The translations under genes and the position numbers were made by a program. From positions 4,664 to 68,663 of the forward strand of contig CAWEGI010000018.1 of the NCBI GenBank assembly GCA_963808815.1: DNA of 64,000 nt, written 5' to 3'. This DNA comes from an uncultured Actinomycetes bacterium (lineage in GTDB: Bacteria; Actinomycetota; Thermoleophilia; Gaiellales; Gaiellaceae). Each line of letters opens with the position of its first letter. Within the stretch, counting starts at the first letter, position 1. Below the pieces are notes generated by a model. That model saw only the letters and a list, made by a program, of their open reading frames with translations. It was not told the DNA's origin and ran no database searches. Shown piece after piece: positions 1 through 11,810 of the stretch.

Positions 1-69
1 CGGGTCAACAGGGCGCGGAACGGGAGCCCGGCGCCAGCCGCTCCTGGGCGCCCTCCAAGAGCCCGCCTC

Positions 70-612
70 TCAGGAATGCAGGTAGAGCAATACGGCGAGC
101 ACGCGGCGCGAGTCGTTGGTCGTCGCGGGAAGGCCGAGCTTGCCGAAGATAGTGGAGACGTATCTCTCGGCGGCGCGGAGTGTGATGACCAGACTGTCCG
201 CGATGCCTTGATTCGAGCGACCTTGCGCCATGAGCACGAGCACCTCCCGCTCGCGGGGAGTCAATACGGCCATGGGATCATCGCTTCGGCGCTTGGAGAG
301 GAGCGTCGAGACGATGATCGGGTCGATGGCCGAGCCGCCGTCGGCCACGCGCCGTACTGCGCCGATGAATTCCTTGACATCGCCGATCCTGTCCTTGAGC
401 AGATACCCAGCCCCTTCAGCTGAATCCGAGAGCAGCTTCATCGCCAATCCGACCTCGACGTACTGCGACAGCACGAGCACGCTCACGGAGGGATGCCGAG
501 CGCGGATCTCGAGCGCTGCTTGCAGACCCTCGTCGTTGTGCGTCGGCGGAAGGCGTATGTCCACGATCGCTACGTCTGGCGAGTAGCGCGCAGTCTTCTG
601 CAGTAGGTACTG
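70..612 (-). pseudogene. 5'-truncated NarL/LuxR-family response regulator (the first ~50 aa of the receiver are missing; the LuxR HTH is intact)
   Basis: The translation contains the phospho-acceptor segment PDVAIVDIRLPP, the rest of the receiver, and a LuxR-type HTH (TPREREVLVLMAQGRSNQGIADSL). Reading the frame upstream hits TGA at 613-615, only 16 codons above the GTG at 564, so the N-terminal acidic-pocket part is absent. Confidence 0.6.
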
Positions 613-614
613 TC

Positions 615-1631
615 ATGGGAGCCGGTGAAGCCGGCTATTACGCGCTGAAGCTCGGGCCATCGGCCGACGACTACACAGGATTCCTTGCACTCGCAGCCGG
701 ACTCTTGCTGATCGGTATCGGCGCAACGACGCTGTGGAGGACCAGAAGGCGGGAGGGCAGCGCCGCACGCCGCTACGTACGGCGCCTGCTGCTGGCCGTC
801 GTCGCGTTCGTCAGCGCGTACGTCGTCCTGATGCCGCTGTCGCTTTCGTACGTCTTCACGCATGCGGCGCGAGCGGTCGTTCCGCGAGCCGAGCTGGGCG
901 CCGCCTACAAGCGGGTGGCATTCGAGACCGCCGACGGGGTGACCCTGAAGGGCTGGTACGTGCCTTCCAGAAACGGCGCCGCTGTGATCGCCGCCCCCGG
1001 GCGAGCCGGATCGCAGAGGCCGGCGCGGATGCTCGCACGGCACGGCTACGGCGTCTTGCTCTTCGATCGGCGCGGCGAGGGCGAAAGCCAGGGCGACCCG
1101 AACGCCTTCGGCTGGAACGCCTCGACCGACATGAGAGCCGCCGTCGCCTTCCTGCAGCGCCGGCCGGACGTCGAGCACGGCCGGATCGGCGGAATCGGCC
1201 TCTCCGTGGGAGGCGAGACGCTTCTGCAGACCGCAGCAGAGTCGAACGGCCTGAACGCGATCGTCTCCGATGGTGCCGGAGCCCGCTCGATCCGCGAGGA
1301 CGTCACCCTACCCGGATGGCGAAATTGGACTGAGGTCCCGACCTCGTTCGTCATCTCGGCGGGCACGGCAGTCTTCTCGAACCAGTTGCCCCCACCGAAT
1401 CTCGAGGGACTCGTCAGACGAATGGCGCCGCGACCCCTGCTGTTCATCTACGGCCAGCACGACCAGCCGAACGTGCGCGCCCTCACCCCGAACTACTACA
1501 AAGCCGCTCGCGGACCCAAAGCTCTCTGGCGAGTCGCAGGCGCCGGACACACAGGCGGCATCGACACTCAACCCAAAGACTACGAGCGGCGCGTGGTCGC
1601 CTTCTTCGACCGGGCACTGCTAAGCAAGTAG
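615..1631 (+). CDS. membrane-anchored alpha/beta-fold hydrolase
   Basis: 338-aa ORF with two N-terminal hydrophobic segments. These are followed by an HGYGVLLFDRRGEG region and the nucleophile elbow GLSVGG (GxSxG). Confidence 0.8.
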   Translation: MGAGEAGYYALKLGPSADDYTGFLALAAGLLLIGIGATTLWRTRRREGSAARRYVRRLLLAVVAFVSAYVVLMPLSLSYVFTHAARAVVPRAELGAAYKRVAFETADGVTLKGWYVPSRNGAAVIAAPGRAGSQRPARMLARHGYGVLLFDRRGEGESQGDPNAFGWNASTDMRAAVAFLQRRPDVEHGRIGGIGLSVGGETLLQTAAESNGLNAIVSDGAGARSIREDVTLPGWRNWTEVPTSFVISAGTAVFSNQLPPPNLEGLVRRMAPRPLLFIYGQHDQPNVRALTPNYYKAARGPKALWRVAGAGHTGGIDTQPKDYERRVVAFFDRALLSK

Positions 1632-1737
1632 ACGAGCCTGGCCAACTGGCGAACACAAACGGCACCTGCGACGGCGACGACCGCGAACACGTTGGAGCGC
1701 CATCGTGACTGCCACGCGGCCGGACGATGGTTCCTAG

Positions 1738-2085
1738 TGGAGCGTGCCGGGATCGAACCGGTGACCTACGGCTTGCAACACGCGAGTAGAGAAGCCAGCT
1801 TCCGATACGGCCTGTTCTGAACCACGGCATCACTTCACCCGGCCGGGGTGGGCGAGGAAGCTAAACCGGGGGCAGGCCCAGGTTTCGCGGCCTTGCGTCT
1901 CTCTAGCCGCGATGCCGTTAGCCCATCTGCCCCCGGTTGGGGCGAGAGAGACACCCGTACCTCTAAAGACGTTGGCCGCGTCGAAAACTTGCGCCTTGCT
2001 TACCGCCGGCGTCCTCACCGTTTCACCCGTCCGAGGTTGGAACACCACTTCCTAGGGGCGGGCGAAGTCCTCGCAGCTACTCCCC
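1738..2085 (-). ncRNA. ssrA: tmRNA (ssrA), 348 nt, CCA not encoded
   Basis: The 5' GGGGAGT pairs with the 3' ACGCTCC plus discriminator A (6 of 7 bp, including a G3:U70 Ala-identity pair). The 3' end GCCGTAGGTCACCGGTTCGATCCCGGCACGCTCCA is a textbook tmRNA T-arm and acceptor. A GTCTCTCT...AGAGAGAC pseudoknot-type pairing follows a short Ala-initiated ORF that ends at TAG. No covariance model was run. Confidence 0.7.
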
Positions 2086-2448
2086 TTCCCCGCGAAGACT
2101 TCAACATCCGCCCTTTTGCCGTGTTGCAACCTGCGTTTCCGAATTGGCATTTCCGACAACAACCACGAATGGCGGGCGGCCTCGTGGGGAGAGAGCTTGC
2201 CGGGCCGAACTGAGGGGGGTTCTCGGCCCTGTGGCATGGTGAGGCCCCCGCCTGGCTCGCGGTCACTTCACCGTTTGGAGCGGCGGCGGAATCCCCGGCA
2301 CCGCCGACGGAGGCCAGCCCAGCTTGCTCGGCCTCGTCCTCGCCGCCAGCCGTTCGACCAGCAGATCCGTGGTCTCGCAGCATCTTCACCCAGGGCGTTG
2401 AGGGCGGCGTTACGGCCGCTCCACCTGGATGTCCCCATCTCTCGGACG

Positions 2449-3233
2449 CTATGGCAGCCTGACGGAGCGGGTGGTTGTGTTCTCGTTGCCGACTGGATCA
2501 GAGGCCCTGACGCTGATCTGCACAGCTCGGGCAGCGCGCGGAGGCGTGATCCGCAGGGTGAACGCGGCTCGACCAGCAGTCGTCGAGCCTTGTCTTGACC
2601 CGCCGCCCACGAACTGCCCGCGCGACTGCACGATCAGCGAGTAGGTGACACGCGCTCCCGGTTCCTCGTTGCGTACGACGAGCGCCACGCGCACGGAGTA
2701 CGTGCGTCTTGGCAGCTTCAGCTTGGTCGCAGTCGCTGTCAGGGTGAGAGCGGGAGGAACAGCGTCGAAGTCGACCAGGCCCTTCCAGGTCGTCCGATAA
2801 GTGATGGAAAGGAAGTCGGCGGGATCACCACTCAAGCGCTGACCGATGTACGTGCCGCTTCCTCTCAGGTTTTCGTATTTGCCGGTGCCCCGGATGATTT
2901 GCCAGGAGCCGCTGCCCCCGTGCTCACCAGTCACGTTGGGCAGAGAGACGATGATGCTGCCGCTGCCGTCGTCGCAGGTGTGTGTCCGCTCAACCCACAG
3001 TGGCGGGTCTTGCACATGGCGTGTGTCGACGGCGCTGCCAGCGGGGCAAAACGGCGCTGAGGCGGTGAAGCGCCCCTCATGACGCAGCCCAGCCGGAAAC
3101 GACGAATCAGCTACATGGCTTGCCAGTGAAGGTGAGCGAGAACTGGCTGAGAGCGGCACCCGCGCCTCCGGTAAGCGAGATCGAGCACGATCACTAGAGC
3201 TGCGCTCAGCACAAACAGCATCCACAGTCTCAT
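2449..3233 (-). pseudogene. secreted or anchored hypothetical protein; the signal/anchor segment is out of frame with the body
   Basis: An ATG at 3233, preceded by GGAGGTAGGCG, encodes MRLWMLFVLSAALVIVL... and stops at 3111. The 268-aa body ORF (2449..3255) runs in another frame, so a frame break near 3175 is implied. Confidence 0.4.
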
Positions 3234-3527
3234 CGCCTACCTCCTCGCCTCTCACAGTGCCACCGAACGGTGGCGGGGGACATTACGCCGCCGCACCTGG
3301 GCTGTCCACCGCCGCTTCAGCAGACCTTTGAACAGCTCCGTGGCAACTTCGTGGCAACCGCTGGCCCGTTTCGTCGTCTTCGATGGCGACAATGTGGGCG
3401 TGGCCTGCGCCACTCTCCGTGAAGCCGTCTGAGGACCTCGGCATGCCTCGTCGCGCTGCCCACTCGACAGCTGTCGCCCCGCCAAGAGCGGGGCGACAGC
3501 AGCGCAACCATGAGCAGAGGTCGCGAT

Positions 3528-3992
3528 TTACGGAGGAGGAATCCGGCTCGCGCCCTGCGTCAGAACCTTCACCGTCCCCAGGCTGGGCGGGCTCGGGCCA
3601 TTGGGCGGGTCCGGGTGCGGGGCGACATCGGAAACGACGCCCGTCTGGAAGTTCATGACGAACACATCCACGATCGTGCCGTCTTCGAGGTACCACGTGA
3701 CCATCAGCATCTTGTTTCCGACCGGCATCGCGACGTAGTTGCGGATGAACCGCTGGCCGTCATCGGGCACCCCATGCGCAGACACCGTCTTGGGCCCGTA
3801 TGTCTGCTGGAACGTGAATCCGGTGTTGGCTCCCAGCGAGTAGCTCGTCTGAAAGACGTACCCGTCCAGATTGACCTTCTTGATCTGATTCGGGTACCCG
3901 GTGATCGTCGGTGCGTCTGCGTTGGCGACAGCAATGCCCATCGTGGCAAAGGCTGCGAGCGAGACGAGAAGCACCCTTCTGTAACGAACCAT
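3528..3992 (-). CDS. small secreted hypothetical protein (beta-rich; possibly MoaF/lipocalin-like, tentative)
   Basis: The RBS AGGAAAGGAG precedes the ATG at 3992. The signal peptide is MVRYRRVLLVSLAAFATMGIAVANA. G+C is lower than in the flanks. Confidence 0.6.
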   Translation of the reverse strand: MVRYRRVLLVSLAAFATMGIAVANADAPTITGYPNQIKKVNLDGYVFQTSYSLGANTGFTFQQTYGPKTVSAHGVPDDGQRFIRNYVAMPVGNKMLMVTWYLEDGTIVDVFVMNFQTGVVSDVAPHPDPPNGPSPPSLGTVKVLTQGASRIPPP

Positions 3993-4103
3993 CCCAGGCT
4001 CCTTTCCTGAGTCCGTCGTCACCTCCGGACCACGCCGGAAGGGGTCAAGGAGGGCACATACCCGTTGTCGAGCGCCGCAACACTTGCCACGAGCCGACGA
4101 GGA

Positions 4104-5834
4104 TCACGGCAGGTCGTACGACGACGTGACGCCGGCCACGCCGGCGCCGGTCTCAGCCCGGATCTGAGTGATCGAAAGCACGGCGAGCTCGGGTGGGGGC
4201 CGCCGGATGAAGCCGTCGAGGAGGAGCATGTCTTCGGCCTGTCCGCTGGTCAGGGGCCTGCGTTGTGACGGGGTGATGCGCGCGATCGCGAGACCCGCGT
4301 TGATCTCCAGTCGGGCGCCCGGCCCCGGCGGGAGGGGGCGGATGGCGCGTATCGCGCCGCCGTGGACGAAGAATGCTTTCCGCCAGCCGGGAGTGAGGTG
4401 GGGTGCGATCAGGCAGGTGTCGAGGGTGCGCAGTCGTTCGAGCCGGCGGAGCCGCTCGAGGAGGTTCTCGAGCGCATCGATGCGGTCGCGGAGCCGGGCC
4501 GCTTCTTCGTAGCGGAGGCTTTCGGCCAGGTCGGTGAGGCGTTGCCGCAGGCGGGGCAGCGGCCCGCCGGCGAGCAGCTGGTCGAGCTCTTCCGGTGTGG
4601 CGCTGGCGAGCGCGCGGGCGGCGAGCGCGGCCTGTCGGCGGCTGCCGATCGGGCCGAGCTCGGTCGCGGTCGTGGTGACGACGAACTCGTCGCCTCGGCG
4701 TCTCAGGTAGAGCCCGTGGTCGGGTCGCCGGCTGCGCGAGTTCGCAGGTGGCTGCAACTCCCGGATCAGCCGGAGCTCCTCCAGCGCGGCTTCGAGCTCG
4801 GAGCCGAGGACCTGCCACTCGATCCGCTCGAGGGCGAGCAGCGCCGCCTCCACAGAGGGGCGCTGGCGGTCGCTCTGGAAGTAGGAGCGCAGACGGGCGC
4901 GCAGGTCTCGGGCACGGCCGACGTAGAGCACGTGCTCGTTCCGATCGCGGAACAGGTACACCCCGGGCCGCGTCGGCGCGCCGCGTATGAGGGCCCGTTT
5001 GCCGTGCACTCGCCGTGCGCGGGGGGCAGCGAGCGTGCGCAGTTCGGAAAGGCGGCGGGCACCGAGCTCCTGGGCGAGCCCGATCAGGCGGACGAGCACC
5101 TGGGCGGTGGCCTCCGCGTCGGGCAGCGCCCGATGACATGGAGTCGTTGCCACGCCGAAGAAGTGGGCGAGTGAAGCGAGGCTGACCCCGCGCAGGCGCC
5201 CCTCGAGCAGGCGGCGGGCGAGCGCCGCCGTACACAGCGGGTGCTCCGCCAGCCTGCGGCTCTCGCGCCGGCGCAGTTGCCGCTCGAGGAAGCGCTGGTC
5301 GAAGCGAGCGTTGTGCGCGACCAGAGGCGCCTCACCGGCGAAAGCGAGAAACCTCCCGACCACGGCTCCGACATGAGGGGCACGGCGCAGCTCCAACTCC
5401 CGCAGACCGGTCAGGCGGGCAACAGGCTCGGGCAGCGAAACACCGGGATCGACCAGGGACTGGAAGCAGTCGACGAGCTCCAGCGCCTGGACCCTGACCG
5501 CACCGACCTCGCAGATCCGGCTCGTCTGCGCGGAGAGCCCGGTCGTCTCCAGGTCGAAGACCACGAACTCGGCCTCCTCGAGCAAGGGATCCGGGGCGCC
5601 GGCAAGCGAGACCGTGTGCCCCGCGCAGACGATCCGGCTGTCGCCGGCACACACCTCGACCAGCAGCGAGGACGAGAGCCCTGCCGGAATCGAGCCGCTC
5701 GCAAACACGAGCCGAGCCGCCTCCACCACCGAGAGCGAGCCCCGCTCCTCCAGCGACTCCACCAGCCGATCGAGAGCGTCGAGCGCGAGCTGCACCGACA
5801 GATCAAAGCGAACATACGTTCGATATGCAAGCAT
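4104..5834 (-). CDS. DEDDh 3'-5' exonuclease (DnaQ-like) fused to a GIY-YIG / UvrC-like nuclease module (Cho-like)
   Basis: The motifs found are FVVFDLETTGL and HNARFDQRFL (DEDDh), PGVYLFRDRNEHVLYVGRARDLRARLRSYF (GIY-YIG), and LRYEEAARLRDRIDAL (UVR-like). The start is either ATG 5834 or GTG 5795. Confidence 0.8.
   Translation of the reverse strand: MLAYRTYVRFDLSVQLALDALDRLVESLEERGSLSVVEAARLVFASGSIPAGLSSSLLVEVCAGDSRIVCAGHTVSLAGAPDPLLEEAEFVVFDLETTGLSAQTSRICEVGAVRVQALELVDCFQSLVDPGVSLPEPVARLTGLRELELRRAPHVGAVVGRFLAFAGEAPLVAHNARFDQRFLERQLRRRESRRLAEHPLCTAALARRLLEGRLRGVSLASLAHFFGVATTPCHRALPDAEATAQVLVRLIGLAQELGARRLSELRTLAAPRARRVHGKRALIRGAPTRPGVYLFRDRNEHVLYVGRARDLRARLRSYFQSDRQRPSVEAALLALERIEWQVLGSELEAALEELRLIRELQPPANSRSRRPDHGLYLRRRGDEFVVTTTATELGPIGSRRQAALAARALASATPEELDQLLAGGPLPRLRQRLTDLAESLRYEEAARLRDRIDALENLLERLRRLERLRTLDTCLIAPHLTPGWRKAFFVHGGAIRAIRPLPPGPGARLEINAGLAIARITPSQRRPLTSGQAEDMLLLDGFIRRPPPELAVLSITQIRAETGAGVAGVTSSYDLP
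5809..5822. promoter_or_regulatory. LexA (SOS/Cheo-type) box CGAACATACGTTCG
   Basis: This is a perfect GAAC-N4-GTTC palindrome. It lies 19 nt upstream of the dinB GTG and sits at the 5' end of the divergent nuclease gene. Confidence 0.6.
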
Positions 5835-5840
5835 TCGGCC

Positions 5841-7031
5841 GTGTCGGCAGAGGCGACGATCCTGCACGCCGATGCAGACGCGTTCTTCGCATCCGTCGAG
5901 CAGCGCGACGATCCCGACTTACGCGGACGGCCGGTGATCGTCGGAGGCGGTGTCGTGCTCGCCGCCAGCTACGAGGCGAAGTCGTACGGCATCCAGACCG
6001 CGATGGGTGGAGCGCAGGCTCGCCGGCTCTGCCCGCAGGCGATCGTCGTCCCACCCCGGATGGCCGCCTACGCGGAGGCGAGCCGTGCCCTCTACGCCCT
6101 CTTCGAGGACTCGACTCCGTCCGTCGAGGGGCTCTCGATCGACGAGGCCTTCCTCGAAGTCCGCGGGATGCAGCGGATCGCCGGCACACCCTGGGAGATC
6201 GCCGTCCGCCTCCGCCGCGCCGCCCGTGAGCGCCTCGGGCTCCCGCTCACCGTCGGAATCGCCCGCACGAAACACCTCGCCAAGATCGCCAGCGCAGCCG
6301 CCAAACCCGACGGGCTCCTCCTCGTCCCCCCCGAGGGCGAGCTCGCCTTTCTGCACCCGCTTCCGATCGAGCGGATCTGGGGGGTCGGCCCGGCGACCGC
6401 TGCCCGGCTTCGCCGCAACCGCATCGCCACCATCGGCGAGCTTGCCCGCGTGCCCGAGCCAGATCTCGCGGCAATGCTGGGCACCGCTTCGGCACGGCAC
6501 CTGCACGCCCTTGCGAACAACCACGACCCCCGCCCGGTCCGCCGGCGCCCCCGTCGGCGCTCGATCGGCTCCCAACACGCCCTCGGCCGAGCACGCAAGT
6601 CACCCACGGAGATCGAGACCGACCTCGTCGCCCTCGTCGACCGCGTCACCCGCCGACTCCGCGCGGCCAGACGCGTCGGCCGCACGATCGTCCTCCGTCT
6701 CCGCTTCGACGACTACACGCGAGCAACCCGCTCCTACACCCTCCCCCACCCAACCGCGCAGACCCGCCCGATCCTCACCGCCGCCCGAGCCCTGCTCGCG
6801 ACCGCGCAACCACTGATCCAGCGCCGCGGCCTCACCCTGATCGGCATCACGATCGCCAACCTCGAAAACGACCTCCCCCTCCAGCTCTGTCTTCCCTTCG
6901 ACTGCGACAACGGCGAGCTCCTCGACGCGGCCCTCGACGAGATCCGCACTCGGTACGGTCCAACCGCCGTCACCCGCGGCATCCTCCTCGGGCGCAGGCC
7001 CGCCCTGGACATGCCGCTACTCCCCGACTGA
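5841..7031 (+). CDS. dinB: DNA polymerase IV (Y-family)
   Basis: ILHADADAFFASVEQRDDPDLRGRPVIVGG ... SIDEAFLEV. The GTG at 5841 is in frame with the long track ORF 5241..7031. Confidence 0.85.
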   Translation: MSAEATILHADADAFFASVEQRDDPDLRGRPVIVGGGVVLAASYEAKSYGIQTAMGGAQARRLCPQAIVVPPRMAAYAEASRALYALFEDSTPSVEGLSIDEAFLEVRGMQRIAGTPWEIAVRLRRAARERLGLPLTVGIARTKHLAKIASAAAKPDGLLLVPPEGELAFLHPLPIERIWGVGPATAARLRRNRIATIGELARVPEPDLAAMLGTASARHLHALANNHDPRPVRRRPRRRSIGSQHALGRARKSPTEIETDLVALVDRVTRRLRAARRVGRTIVLRLRFDDYTRATRSYTLPHPTAQTRPILTAARALLATAQPLIQRRGLTLIGITIANLENDLPLQLCLPFDCDNGELLDAALDEIRTRYGPTAVTRGILLGRRPALDMPLLPD

Positions 7032-7048
7032 GTCGCCGAGCGGTCGCG

Positions 7049-7642
7049 TCACGCCGGGGACCGCTTCCGACGAGCCCGCTTGTTCCACCCGTGGAAGGGC
7101 GAGAGGTCGCCGGCGTCCCAGGCCTCGCGAAGCCCGGGGGTGCTCAGGTCCCAGTCCGGACGGATCTCGCTCGTCACGGCGCGCAGGTCGCGGCAAAGAT
7201 CCTCGACCGACGGGCGGCCCCAGAACCAGTAGCCGTTGTAGATGCTGTGGACGACGAGCCCCGGCTTGAGCACGAGCGTGTGCGGGATCATCGGGTCGTT
7301 GTCCGGGTCGGTGTATTCCTGGATGTCGAGGTCCTTCTGGACGATCCGCTCGGGGTCGGAGAGGAAGGGCCACTGGGCGCCTACCGAACTGCGGAACTCC
7401 TGGATCGTGTGGTGGTCGTCCGTCGCGATCGTGGCGATCTGCGTATAGGCCACGTTGATCTGCGGATAGAACGCGGCGAGCTGGAGGTGCTGCTGGTGCT
7501 CCTTGGGGCAGTAGTGGCCGCGCGCGAGCGTCAGGATCAACGGATCGTCGCCCTGGATCTCGCTGAGCTTGCGCGGGGTGTCGGTGTGATCGGGCAGCTC
7601 GTAGTCGGGAAAGGTCTTCCCGGGAGCGATGTCAGGACGCAA
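7049..7642 (-). CDS. redoxin / peroxiredoxin-like (AhpC-TSA fold) protein
   Basis: 197-aa ORF with FPDYELPD, LILTLARGHYCPKEH and a single CP motif. Confidence 0.7.
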   Translation of the reverse strand: MRPDIAPGKTFPDYELPDHTDTPRKLSEIQGDDPLILTLARGHYCPKEHQQHLQLAAFYPQINVAYTQIATIATDDHHTIQEFRSSVGAQWPFLSDPERIVQKDLDIQEYTDPDNDPMIPHTLVLKPGLVVHSIYNGYWFWGRPSVEDLCRDLRAVTSEIRPDWDLSTPGLREAWDAGDLSPFHGWNKRARRKRSPA

Positions 7643-7786
7643 GGCCGGCCTCCTTCACGATGTCTTCGATGCGGCGCGAACCAGGCGGCCTCGGACGGCG
7701 CCGACGTGCCGAGGCCGGGTCACCCACATCCGCCGGAGGGCGACCGCGAAACCAAATTTCCAGATCCAGTCTCCCATCGCCTGCCC

Positions 7787-10565
<2,779 letters not shown>

Positions 10566-10707
10566 GTCGACCTCCCCTGGTCGTCGTTCGTCGGACTGAG
10601 ACCGAATGAGACGATGGCCGCCGCGAGCGACGTCCACGACTCGTTCGGCAACTGTCGGGACCATAAGGGCAAGGGGACGCGCACGGGAGTCGCCCTTTCG
10701 TCCGAGC

Positions 10708-11106
10708 TCAGCCGCGCATGTTCACCGGCCAGACGTTCACGGGCTCGATCGTGACCTCGACCCGCGACTCGCCGGGACGGTCGATCGTCCGCAGGTCGGT
10801 GCCGCCGTACTTGGCTCCGACCTTGTCCGCGAAGACGTAGTCGTCGTCGGGCTCGATCCTTGCCCGTCCTCGGACCTCGAGATAGCGGTACGGGTTGGCG
10901 AGATCCAGGATGAAGAGGCTGCATTCGGGGCGCGCCTGCATGTTCATCGTCTTCAGCCGGGCAGTGTTGAGCGAGACCTTCACCTCGCCCTCGTCGAACA
11001 GGAACCAAACTTCGCTCAGCTGTGGGAAGCCGCGCGGGTCGATCGTTCCGAGCGTGGCGACCTCGGCGTCGAGCAGGTCGCGGTGGGAGTCGGGGAAGTC
11101 GGTCAT
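10708..11106 (-). CDS. PPOX-class (pyridoxamine-5'-phosphate oxidase / F420-dependent) family protein
   Basis: MTDFPDSHRDLLDAEVATLGTIDPRGFPQLSEVWFLFDEGEVKVSLN... is typical of the split-barrel family. The ATG at 11106 is in frame with the track ORF. Confidence 0.7.
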   Translation of the reverse strand: MTDFPDSHRDLLDAEVATLGTIDPRGFPQLSEVWFLFDEGEVKVSLNTARLKTMNMQARPECSLFILDLANPYRYLEVRGRARIEPDDDYVFADKVGAKYGGTDLRTIDRPGESRVEVTIEPVNVWPVNMRG

Positions 11107-11136
11107 CGGCGCATTCTGCACGGTAGTGTCGAGCGG

Positions 11137-11742
11137 ATGCCGCTGCGGAATCGAGTCACGCCGCTCGGCGATCTGGTCGCAGATCCTGCCCGCGGACTCG
11201 TCTACGGCAACCGCGGCTGTCTCCACGACGATCGCGGCGAGATCCGGCGCCGCTTTGCCACCCGCCGTTGGATCGCGTGTCGGCTCGAGTTCAAAGGCTG
11301 GCACCGCAAGGCGCTGATGCAGCCCGGGAAGTTCACCGAGCTCTTCTTCCTGGACGAGGCGACAGCCTTCGCAGCCGGCCATCGGCCCTGTGCGCTCTGC
11401 CGACGCGAGGATTACAACCGGTTCCTGGAGCTCACCGGCGCCTGCGGCGCGGACGAGATCGACGAGCGCCTGCACGAAGAACGGCTGGACGGCAACGGGC
11501 GACGCCTCGACCGCGGGCCGGTGGAGGCGCTTCCCGACGGCGCATTCGTCCTCCGCCGGGGAGAGCCCTGGCTGGTGCTGGGCAACGACCTGTTGCGCTG
11601 GACGCCGGCGGGCTATACCGACCGTGTCGTCGCGAAGGGCCAGGTCGAGACGATCACACCGCGCACGCTGATCGAGGTGTTGCGGACGGCCTGGGAGCCC
11701 GCAGTGCCGCTGTTACACCCTTCCGCGACTCGCGGCCGCTGA
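11137..11742 (+). CDS. conserved hypothetical protein (Cys-containing)
   Basis: The coding-like portion of ORF 10606..11742 starts at MPLRNRVTPLGDL. High GC3. No motif was recognised. Confidence 0.5.
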   Translation: MPLRNRVTPLGDLVADPARGLVYGNRGCLHDDRGEIRRRFATRRWIACRLEFKGWHRKALMQPGKFTELFFLDEATAFAAGHRPCALCRREDYNRFLELTGACGADEIDERLHEERLDGNGRRLDRGPVEALPDGAFVLRRGEPWLVLGNDLLRWTPAGYTDRVVAKGQVETITPRTLIEVLRTAWEPAVPLLHPSATRGR

Positions 11743-11810
11743 TCACCCGCTGCTAAGCCCCCGAACGCGGTACCCCTAAAGGGTTAGCCCACCCGGCCGA
11801 TGAAAGAGGC

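Noticed and set aside
1693-1701. TGGAGCGCC, 45 nt downstream of the ssrA 3' end, as a possible att repeat of an ssrA-integrated island
   Set aside because: There are only 9 matching bases, no integrase, and no longer identity to the tmRNA 3' end. This is too weak to support an island call.
4153-5235. Long antisense or alternate-frame ORFs (for example 4153..5235, 11776..12846, 31726..32880, 35771..36937, 46963..49400, 49619..51010, 52421..53857, 54624..56006)
   Set aside because: They have extreme Arg/Pro/Ala composition and no recognisable motifs. Each fully overlaps a well-supported gene in another frame or on the other strand.
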